This document shows positions 38,356 through 46,120 of a stretch of 64,000 nt of DNA, in pieces (the first letter of the stretch is position 1; each line of letters starts with the position of its first letter). The DNA is taken from assembly GCA_003165075.1 (NCBI GenBank), contig PLSM01000094.1, forward strand, positions 40,130-104,129, read 5' to 3'. The notes under the pieces are model-generated. The model ran no database searches, was not told where the DNA came from, and saw only the letters and a program-made list of their open reading frames with translations. The position numbers and the translations under genes were made by a program. Source of the stretch: Acidobacteriaceae bacterium (lineage in GTDB: Bacteria > Acidobacteriota > Terriglobia > Terriglobales > Acidobacteriaceae).

Positions 38356-38714
38356 TGCTCCACAAACCGGTACTCATCGATCGTCGCGGCGGCTTGATAA
38401 TGCTCTTGGCTCATTGAGCAGCGTACCACACGTCCGCGGCACTGAACTAACACATCGTGCGGTGTGCCGAGTACGGTTCCTGGCATGCGCAACGCAAATT
38501 TGATGTCCTGGCCTACATTCAGGGGTCCGTGCAGCTCAAAGAGAACTCCACTGGCCGAAACGTTGCGCGTGACAGCCGGGTTATCTTGAAGGTCATTGGC
38601 AAGCGTCACCCGCAACTCGAGCGGAAAACGCACCGCGCACCGTACTTCCTTGCGGGAAGTACCCAACGTCGATTGGCTCTTCCGGGGTGATAAACCCAAC
38701 TTCGAGGTTTCCAT
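38352..38714 (-). CDS. Single-domain PilZ protein
   Basis: RKEVRCAVR (RxxxR) and NVSASG motifs; GTGA overlap with the regulator. Confidence 0.85.
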   Translation of the reverse strand: METSKLGLSPRKSQSTLGTSRKEVRCAVRFPLELRVTLANDLQDNPAVTRNVSASGVLFELHGPLNVGQDIKFALRMPGTVLGTPHDVLVQCRGRVVRCSMSQEHYQAAATIDEYRFVEQ

Positions 38715-38857
38715 TCGTAGTTTCCTACCGCCATTGCGGGACGTACTCGCAACTGTATCGAACTTTTCGAGTTTTACCTACAGCACCAAAGTTTAGACCA
38801 GGTAATCTAATCGGCAAAGAGCGAAGTACGGCGTAATCAAGAATGTGCAGTGTCGAG

Positions 38858-40141
38858 TTAGCTACCTGCCCTCTCCCTGGGGTAAAACGCCGCGGAAGCG
38901 CCCACCCACTCCTGGTTCCTATTTTGGTCCACGCCCATCATCTTTCCCCGTCCCAGGCGCACGAGAGATAAGGCTGGAGTCAGGGTGCCGCCGTCAGGCC
39001 ATAGATAGAGGATGCGGATCTCGGCCTGGGTGAGCCCATGCGGGGTCTCGATGGTGGGTTCAAAGCGCATCCGCTGTTGCACCAGATAGTTGTCTCGACT
39101 CCCGGCCGCAATCGCCTCCAATTGTTTCTGTGTTGGGTCGAACTCAATCCCCTTACCTGCAAAGGAGAACAGCGGCTTGAGCAGCAGTTCGCCATACACC
39201 GTCTGCGGCCCGGTCGCAGCCGGGAGGAGCACACCGGAGGCAGCCAGGGCCGCACGCCCTGGGCCGGCGAGGAAGTCGCCGAGGAAGGCCGCAGGAGGCA
39301 CCACTTTGAATCCAGCGAGCGGGCGTGAAAGCCACGGAAGAGAAAACTTGCTGATGAGGAAGTACCAGTTGGGATGGCCTGCCCACTCCACATCCCAGGG
39401 GTGAGTCAGGTCAAACTGAAGATGTACATTGCGTGAGATGAGTTCGTCGGCAATGGCACGGTTATAGATCCGATGAATGGGCACAATCCGGCCGGAAGTA
39501 TTTCGGTAATACAGCTTATTACCAGCGGGTTCAATCCGCTGAATATCTACCACCGCGATGCCTAGTTTTTTTGCTGTGATTTCGAAATCGGGCCGCGTTT
39601 TCTGATGCCTGGGGTCAACGTCGATCAGCGCCACATTCTCGGGGTTCTTGCCGCCAAGAACTGTGCGCGCCAGTAGCTCCCAGTAGCTAGCCTCATCCAA
39701 GCCGCTCAGGTATTCGCCCAGTGATCCAGGCAGGTCGAAAATTTCGCGATACACAGCGTTCAGGACCGCCTGATAGCCAAAAACCGATGGGAACGCCTGG
39801 ATTTCAACCAATCTGGGCTCCAGGTTGTCGTTTTCGTTCCGCACCAGGGCAAAATCGGCGGTAAGAAAGTGCGGATGAGTCGTCTCGCTCGCAACACAGT
39901 AGCCCTGCGGAATGGCTTTGCGGGCTGCAATTAGGTAGTCCGGGTCTGCCATCAGGCTGCGTGCCAGCTCCACACCAGCTTTAGCCATTTCAGCCAAAAC
40001 TGACTGCGACACAAAAATTGGCGTTTCCGCCACCCGAAATTCGACCTCCGCACCACAGCGCGCCCCAAGCAGTTCCAGAAGGGCGACATAGCGCTCCGCT
40101 GTAAACCGTTGATTGAAAAGATCGCGCAGCTCGGGAATCAT
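38858..40141 (-). CDS. Circularly permuted ATP-grasp-like ligase (glutathione/GSP synthetase-like)
   Basis: TADF...VEIQAFPS, ISKFSLP, LLKPLFSFAGKG, YLVQQR, EIR motifs. Confidence 0.65.
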   Translation of the reverse strand: MIPELRDLFNQRFTAERYVALLELLGARCGAEVEFRVAETPIFVSQSVLAEMAKAGVELARSLMADPDYLIAARKAIPQGYCVASETTHPHFLTADFALVRNENDNLEPRLVEIQAFPSVFGYQAVLNAVYREIFDLPGSLGEYLSGLDEASYWELLARTVLGGKNPENVALIDVDPRHQKTRPDFEITAKKLGIAVVDIQRIEPAGNKLYYRNTSGRIVPIHRIYNRAIADELISRNVHLQFDLTHPWDVEWAGHPNWYFLISKFSLPWLSRPLAGFKVVPPAAFLGDFLAGPGRAALAASGVLLPAATGPQTVYGELLLKPLFSFAGKGIEFDPTQKQLEAIAAGSRDNYLVQQRMRFEPTIETPHGLTQAEIRILYLWPDGGTLTPALSLVRLGRGKMMGVDQNRNQEWVGASAAFYPRERAGS

Positions 40142-40459
40142 CGTTTCCCCTCTTCCGGAGTGTTCCATCGCCAGACTAAAGATAACCCTTCTCTGTCGCC
40201 GACAGCGAGCGGCCTCAACTTTGCACGAAAACCGTACCTCACGTATCAGAAAAGGCCTAGAAGGTGTGATGCAACTCACATTGAATGAGTCCTCGACAGC
40301 ACGTTTGGTCATACGCCGACCTCTACGGCTTGTCTCTAATGGCAAAAAACACCCTTTGAAATAGAAAATTTATAAAATAGTTACTTTTGTGGTAGCCATC
40401 GTGCCTCTTTTGGGGTAGTCTTTTGGGTGCATACCCACAGTTCTAAGGAGCGCCTGTAA

Positions 40460-40594
40460 ATGCTTTCAGCATCTTTGAAGTTTTATAGCGTCGTTTTTGG
40501 GTCCATCTTGGCAGTTTCGGTCACTATCGCGAATGCAAGCCCCATCATCCCGGCTCCGTTGCCGCCGGTTGGACATATTGCCGACGCGGTTTAG
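40460..40594 (+). CDS. Secreted peptide precursor (44 aa) MLSASLKFYSVVFGSILAVSVTIANA-SPIIPAPLPPVGHIADAV
   Basis: Not in the ORF track. AAGGAG RBS 9 nt upstream; hydrophobic signal peptide with A-N-A cleavage motif; Pro-rich 18-aa tail. Confidence 0.78.
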   Translation: MLSASLKFYSVVFGSILAVSVTIANASPIIPAPLPPVGHIADAV

Positions 40595-40670
40595 CTCGCG
40601 CTCAAAATGGATGATTGACCCGGATCGCTGCTAGACTGGATTCGTCTCATCGGCTGGACCAAGCAGGAGA

Positions 40671-41468
40671 TTGCCATTGGGTCTCTATACGATCCTCTGG
40701 GTAGGCGGAGTTTTGGCAGAAGCCGCGGTGGTTACGCTCGCGATTCGCGGGCGTAACTTTCGCCAAATCCCCGTCTTTTGCTCATATATTATTTGGAGCC
40801 TGTTCGTCGACATCCTCTTCTATTTTTTCCGTCAGCTATATCCCGATCAGGAAAGGTACTTCCGGGCTTACCTGGTCGAGATGATTGTTGACTCCCTCTT
40901 CCAGTTTGCTGTTCTGGTGGAGTTGGGGTGGGCTGTACTTCGACCAATCCGAGCTTCGCTACCCCGCCAGTCGATTGTGATCCTAACCCTGTTCACTGCT
41001 CTCGCAGCGGCATTGATTTGGCCCATCGCAGGATGGACCGTGCCCGCATACCTTGTAAAGACTGGGCGTTTCTATGTCCATACACAGCAGACAGTGGCGA
41101 TCCTCAGAGTGGTAATCTTCATGGCTCTGGCGGGGTTCAGCCAGATGCTTTCCATTGGTTGGCGTAACCGCGAATTGCAAATTGCCACCGGGCTTGGGTT
41201 CTATTCTCTGTGCAGCTTGGCCGTCTCTGTCCTGCACAATCACCAGGCCGTGGGACCCCAGTACGCCTACCTGGATGAGCTGTTGGCAACCACTTACATC
41301 GGTTCGATGGTCTATTGGTTGGTGAGCTTCTCGCAGAAAGAGGCGGAACGCCAGCAGTTCACGCCCCAAATGCAGAACTTTCTCTTGGCGATGGCTGGTG
41401 CCGCCCACGAAGGCCGCCTTGCGCTGAAAGAGGGCTCTCCAGGCAAGGTCAAGAAGCCCAGGGCCTGA
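40671..41468 (+). CDS. 7-TM membrane protein with a short cytoplasmic tail (candidate peptide receptor)
   Basis: Seven hydrophobic segments counted by eye; AGGAG RBS before TTG. Confidence 0.8.
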   Translation: MPLGLYTILWVGGVLAEAAVVTLAIRGRNFRQIPVFCSYIIWSLFVDILFYFFRQLYPDQERYFRAYLVEMIVDSLFQFAVLVELGWAVLRPIRASLPRQSIVILTLFTALAAALIWPIAGWTVPAYLVKTGRFYVHTQQTVAILRVVIFMALAGFSQMLSIGWRNRELQIATGLGFYSLCSLAVSVLHNHQAVGPQYAYLDELLATTYIGSMVYWLVSFSQKEAERQQFTPQMQNFLLAMAGAAHEGRLALKEGSPGKVKKPRA

Positions 41469-41922
41469 CACGAGTCTGAAACAGACTCAAGATAAGTTCC
41501 CAACCCGGAGTCTGCAATCGGGTCATTAGGTAAAGGAAGATGCATCTACTGGAAACTCCCGCCGACTGAGTCGACCGTCGTGTCTCAGGGTGCAATATTC
41601 TGGAATCGTCTGCTTTCATCTGGGCGCGGTGCCGGCGGAATACCGGGAAAGCTTTAAATTCCCGATAGTTAGGCCGTCCTTATCCTGCCCCAAACGGGGT
41701 GGTCTGCTACCAGAAAGTATCATTGACCCGAAGGGGAAGTTACCTTAAGTTACGAATGTGTACAGATCACGTGGGTACTAATTGGACAAGAAAGCAGTAC
41801 AGAACCACCAAATTTCTACCCGCAGCGATTGATTTTCTGTTACTAATGGAACGTGCAGTGAATACCGACCGGGCCGCCTGGGGGAAATCTGGCGGGGTCA
41901 ATACCCGGTCTAAGGATCGCCA

Positions 41923-42444
41923 ATGATTCTGCCTCTGCTCCAAATCGCTGCAATTGCAATTGTGGCGCTCTATCTCGGCCGCTGGAGACTCGGCGTACGC
42001 CGACAGAACAATCAATCCTGGGAATCGCTTTTAGCCAGGCTGCGGCCTGACTGGAGCGCACGCCAGCTAAGCGATCATTTCCTTTGGAAGGAAGGGCTGG
42101 ACGACGCCACTCCCGAGGAAACCTGGAAGCGTCTCCAGGGCGCCCATGGCCTGTGGGCGATATATCAGAATGCCCGCGTGCTGCTGCAGATGGCCGACTT
42201 CGCATCTCGCAATTGCGACTCCGTGGACCGCGTCCTTCTGGAGACTCTGCGCAGTGATGCCATGCAGATTCGGCTCTGCGTTCTGATGGCTCTTGCCCAG
42301 TATGCTTGCAGCCAAGCGAGCGAAGGCGTCCGCGTGAATGCCTTCCGTGCCGCATCGATGTACACCGGCATGGCCGCACGGATGACACAGTTGCTGCAGG
42401 AGAATGCAGCCGGCCTCGTTCCCGATTTTGTTGCTGCAATGTAG
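41923..42444 (+). CDS. Hypothetical membrane-anchored helical protein
   Basis: N-terminal TM followed by a helical domain; AAGGA RBS; terminator follows. Confidence 0.75.
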   Translation: MILPLLQIAAIAIVALYLGRWRLGVRRQNNQSWESLLARLRPDWSARQLSDHFLWKEGLDDATPEETWKRLQGAHGLWAIYQNARVLLQMADFASRNCDSVDRVLLETLRSDAMQIRLCVLMALAQYACSQASEGVRVNAFRAASMYTGMAARMTQLLQENAAGLVPDFVAAM

Positions 42445-42456
42445 CTCAGTTCTTTC

Positions 42457-42500
42457 CTGAAGCAAAAAGCCCCGGCCTCGGCCGGGGCTTTTTGCTTCAG
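42457..42500. terminator. Bidirectional rho-independent terminator
   Basis: ctgaagcaaaaagccccggcc-tc-ggccggggctttttgcttcag. Confidence 0.9.
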
Positions 42501-42517
42501 AATGAGCCTTCGCCGTC

Positions 42518-43495
42518 TCAGGCTGCGCCGGCTGCCACGAAGGCGTTAATGCGTGCGTACTCCTCCGCGGTGAGCCGAAACTCAAGCGCCGGGGCCAGCC
42601 CTTCCACTTGCTGTGCGCTGCGTCCGCCCACGATGGCGGCTGTTATAGCTGGATGGTTGAGCGTCCAGGCCACGGCAACCACGCCAGGGCTTACACCGTG
42701 GCCGTCGCCGATTTCGCGCAGTAACTCGACCAGTTGAAGATTGTGGTTCAGCTTCGGTTGGTTGAACTCGGGCGAACGCCGCCGCCAATCGTCGGTCGGC
42801 AATCCTGCGATGCGCTCAGCGGTCATTTTGCCCGTCAGCAGGCCAGAGACCATCGGCGAATAGTTGATCACGCCGATGCCGTTGGCTTGTGTGAACAGTA
42901 GAATCTCGTCTTCAACGGCCCGACGCAACAGAGAATACGGGGGTTGCAGGCTGGTGATTGGAGCGATCTTCTGGATGCGCTTCATCTGTTCGACTGAAAA
43001 GTTTGAAACGCCTATCCAGCGAACCTTTCCCTGCTTGCGAAAGCGGGCCAAAGCCTCCCATCCCTCTTCAATTTCGGGGTCGGGGATGGGCCAGTGAATT
43101 TGATACAGATCGATAGTCTCGACGCCGAGGCGGCGCAGTGAGGCTTCCAGTTCCTCGGCGAGCGAGGCAGCTTTGAGCGAACGGTAGATGGAGCGGTCAC
43201 TGTGCCAGCGCATGGCGCATTTGGTAAAGACCATCGGTTTGTGGCTGGTCGTCTTAAGAGCCCGGGCCACAACTTCTTCCGAGCGGCCCAGACCATAAAT
43301 TGCTGCGGTGTCAATCCAATTGACTCCCAGGTCCAATGCGCGGTGGATGGCGGCGATGGATTCATTGTCGTCCTGGGGGCCCCAGCCAAAGTCCCAGTTG
43401 CCGCCGCCGATTGCCCATGCGCCAAAACCGATCGGCGTAAGTTGCAAGTCAGAGTTACCAAGAGTGCGAAGAGATTGCGAGGCAGTGGAGCTCAT
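42518..43495 (-). CDS. Aldo/keto reductase
   Basis: IDTAAIYG, DLYQIHWP, IGVSNFS motifs. Confidence 0.92.
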   Translation of the reverse strand: MSSTASQSLRTLGNSDLQLTPIGFGAWAIGGGNWDFGWGPQDDNESIAAIHRALDLGVNWIDTAAIYGLGRSEEVVARALKTTSHKPMVFTKCAMRWHSDRSIYRSLKAASLAEELEASLRRLGVETIDLYQIHWPIPDPEIEEGWEALARFRKQGKVRWIGVSNFSVEQMKRIQKIAPITSLQPPYSLLRRAVEDEILLFTQANGIGVINYSPMVSGLLTGKMTAERIAGLPTDDWRRRSPEFNQPKLNHNLQLVELLREIGDGHGVSPGVVAVAWTLNHPAITAAIVGGRSAQQVEGLAPALEFRLTAEEYARINAFVAAGAA

Positions 43496-43561
43496 AACAC
43501 CAGATTAGATGCCAAGAGCGGCGCACGGATTCCGGACCGGGACCGACCCCATAAAAAAATC

Positions 43562-44614
43562 TCAGGCCGCAATCAGGAAGCGACCTTCGCGCATGATTTG
43601 CTCCCGGCCGGCATCGGATTCGAGCCAGATGTTGAAGCCCAAGCCCACCACGTCGATGTGTGTTCCCGAACGCCAGGGGGCGCCGGTGTGCTCCCCGTAG
43701 GGATTGCCGAAGGCGATGTGGATGCCGGGGAACTTTTCGTCCTGCAAAATGTTGCCGATGACCCGCTCGACGCCAATGTTGGTGCCAATGGCGAACTCGC
43801 CCACCCTGTCAGAGTTCTCATCCGTATGTGTATAGGCCCAGAAATCCGCTTCGAGTTCCTTGTTCCGGCTTGCGCATCGCAGGATGCGGTTGGCGGCGAT
43901 CTCGATGGTGAGCGGGGTGGCTGCCAGCAGCCCGTAGCGGGCACATAGCCAGTCGCCGACCACGCCGTCCACCACGAAGGTGCCGTTGACCTCGCCGGGG
44001 GCGGTAAAACACTCGCCTCCGGGCAGGTTGCCCCACTTCTCGGGGGAGATAATGCCCGATGTCTTGAACCACCGGTAGCCGGGATTCATTTCGGCAGTGA
44101 TGTTTGTGCCGGCGGTGGTGGTGGCGCGGATGCGGGTGGCCTTGCGCACCCGGTCCAGAACCTTTTGGCTTAGCCGGTCCACGAGGTTGAAGTCGGCACG
44201 CATACCCTGGCACATGATTTCAGGGGTGATGTTGACCATGTGCGCGTGGCGCATGCGTCGGCGATTCACAATGTCTGTCATCTGCATACGCGAATGCAAC
44301 TCATTGGGCTGCACCTGCACAGCGAAGATGGAGACCTGCGAAGTTTCCATATCGGCCAGCACCGCGGAAGGCATGTCAATGAGGGGACGGGGGGCCAGGT
44401 CCTCGAGCACGAAGGCATTCCACGGGCAACCACACTCGGCCAACTGCGCGCCGAGTGCGGCGGCGATGGGCTCGGTGATGCGATCGGTGACAAGAGTGAC
44501 CTTCTCAGCCGGATCTATGCGCAGGCAGGTGGTGACCGCCGAACGGGCGCCGGGCGCGAACTCGGCGGGATAGCTCAGTGAGAGCAGATGCGCGGCGGTT
44601 TCAGTCATGCCCAA
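43562..44614 (-). CDS. M29 family (thermophilic metalloprotease-like) aminopeptidase
   Basis: NLPGGE, GEFAIGTN, QDEK...HIAFG...THID motifs. Confidence 0.85.
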   Translation of the reverse strand: MGMTETAAHLLSLSYPAEFAPGARSAVTTCLRIDPAEKVTLVTDRITEPIAAALGAQLAECGCPWNAFVLEDLAPRPLIDMPSAVLADMETSQVSIFAVQVQPNELHSRMQMTDIVNRRRMRHAHMVNITPEIMCQGMRADFNLVDRLSQKVLDRVRKATRIRATTTAGTNITAEMNPGYRWFKTSGIISPEKWGNLPGGECFTAPGEVNGTFVVDGVVGDWLCARYGLLAATPLTIEIAANRILRCASRNKELEADFWAYTHTDENSDRVGEFAIGTNIGVERVIGNILQDEKFPGIHIAFGNPYGEHTGAPWRSGTHIDVVGLGFNIWLESDAGREQIMREGRFLIAA

Positions 44615-44776
44615 ACTTCGGTGCTCCTTTAAAAAAGCCCGCGGATGCTCGGCGCGTATGTTGTGAGGTTACTGGAAAATTCATCGAAATGAAATGGGCC
44701 GCCAATCGCGCGCACCTGAGCGCACTCAATATCGGGAATCTCAGGCAAAGAGCCTGCGCAGAAAGAACAAGGAGAC

Positions 44777-45811
44777 CTAGGATCTCTCAAGTCTCAAAAG
44801 CGAATCCTGTCGCGCGCTGCGCTTACGCGTCTCTACGAGGAGGAGTGAAACCGATAAGCTCAGCAATGGGCCTAACGCACTAAAAACAGGCCCGGCAGCA
44901 TTGCCCATCGCGTCAACGTAGGCCCCCATTGCAAGGGCTGCCAGCGCCGCGCACGTGGAACCTATCACCCATGTTCTTGGCAGGCGCCCGAGTCTCCACA
45001 GGCCTAGCGGAAGCAGCCATGCGAAAGTAAAGAGGAATTCACGGGCGACGAGACATCTGTACAGACCCGAAAGGTACAAGTGACCGGAGCCGGACTCGGC
45101 CCATTGTGAAGCCGCGAAGCTCAGCGGTGAGTAGGGCGAAGAGCTCATGAACATCAGGAGCGTCACTGTCACGAGTCCGACCCCAACCTTTGCTCCTATC
45201 CACGCCAGCCGCGAGAATCGGAGTGAGCCGCGTCGACAAGATGTAAGCCACCATGCAAATGCAAATACAGCCGCGAGGGGAACATAGGTCTCCTTGGCCA
45301 GGGCGCCGAGAACGCCCCATAGTGGCAATGGCCACCAGCGCTCCGTAAGCAACGTCCATACCATCACCATGAGCAAACAGTTCACGGCGGAGTCCACATA
45401 CCCAGATAGATTGAAATTAGAGACGGCGAAGTCGGCCAGATAGACAAACCCACCAATCATCGCTGTGGGATAATCCCCAACAATCCGTTGACCGGCGCTT
45501 ACCAACAGGGATGCAGTGGCTGCGACAAAGAAAGAGTTCACAACCAAGAGCGCGAAGAAAACCGGATTCCAGGTATTTAGATGTCCCTCGGCCAGCCAAT
45601 AGACGGGCCTGGCCAGATACGGAACAAGCACACGGTGCGAATGTTCGCCAGTCTGGTCACCCCCAGTCACGAGCGAGTAATATCCGACGGAATCAGAGAG
45701 ACCCGGAACCGACCGCGGGTCGTAACGGTTGAGCGTCGGATAACCCAGGCCCATACAAATGATGAAGAAGAGTATCCAAAGCATAACGCGGTGGCCAAGC
45801 GCAAGTCCCAA
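44777..45811 (-). CDS. Multi-pass membrane protein of unknown function (possibly GT-C-like)
   Basis: About 9 TM segments, HRVLVP loop, LAKETYVP motif; family not confirmed. Confidence 0.65.
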   Translation of the reverse strand: MGLALGHRVMLWILFFIICMGLGYPTLNRYDPRSVPGLSDSVGYYSLVTGGDQTGEHSHRVLVPYLARPVYWLAEGHLNTWNPVFFALLVVNSFFVAATASLLVSAGQRIVGDYPTAMIGGFVYLADFAVSNFNLSGYVDSAVNCLLMVMVWTLLTERWWPLPLWGVLGALAKETYVPLAAVFAFAWWLTSCRRGSLRFSRLAWIGAKVGVGLVTVTLLMFMSSSPYSPLSFAASQWAESGSGHLYLSGLYRCLVAREFLFTFAWLLPLGLWRLGRLPRTWVIGSTCAALAALAMGAYVDAMGNAAGPVFSALGPLLSLSVSLLLVETRKRSARQDSLLRLERS

Positions 45812-46120
45812 TACGACTCTCGTTTATCAGCACTGATTCGCTTGATTCGATCGCTCGTGACTGGCCAGCCATCCTCCTATCTCAATCTTTCGAATGCTCT
45901 ACTCGACGGCGGCCTATCAGGACTACATGAATCTACCCTATGCAATATGCGCCAGGGACAAGGCGTAGACCGATCGTGGCAGAGTCAAATGCTCTAGCGG
46001 ACCTGCACTTACAACAACAAATATTCATTACTTCGTTCAGCATCAATGCATCTGCGCGTGGCCACGCTCATCCAACTTCTAGTGAATCAACGCTGCTAGG
46101 ATGAAGCTGCCGGAGATGCG

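Noticed and set aside
41469-41922. c-di-GMP riboswitch in the long leader before the 41923 gene
   Set aside because: Neither the GEMM-I nor the class II consensus was found; only the short DNA motifs reported above.
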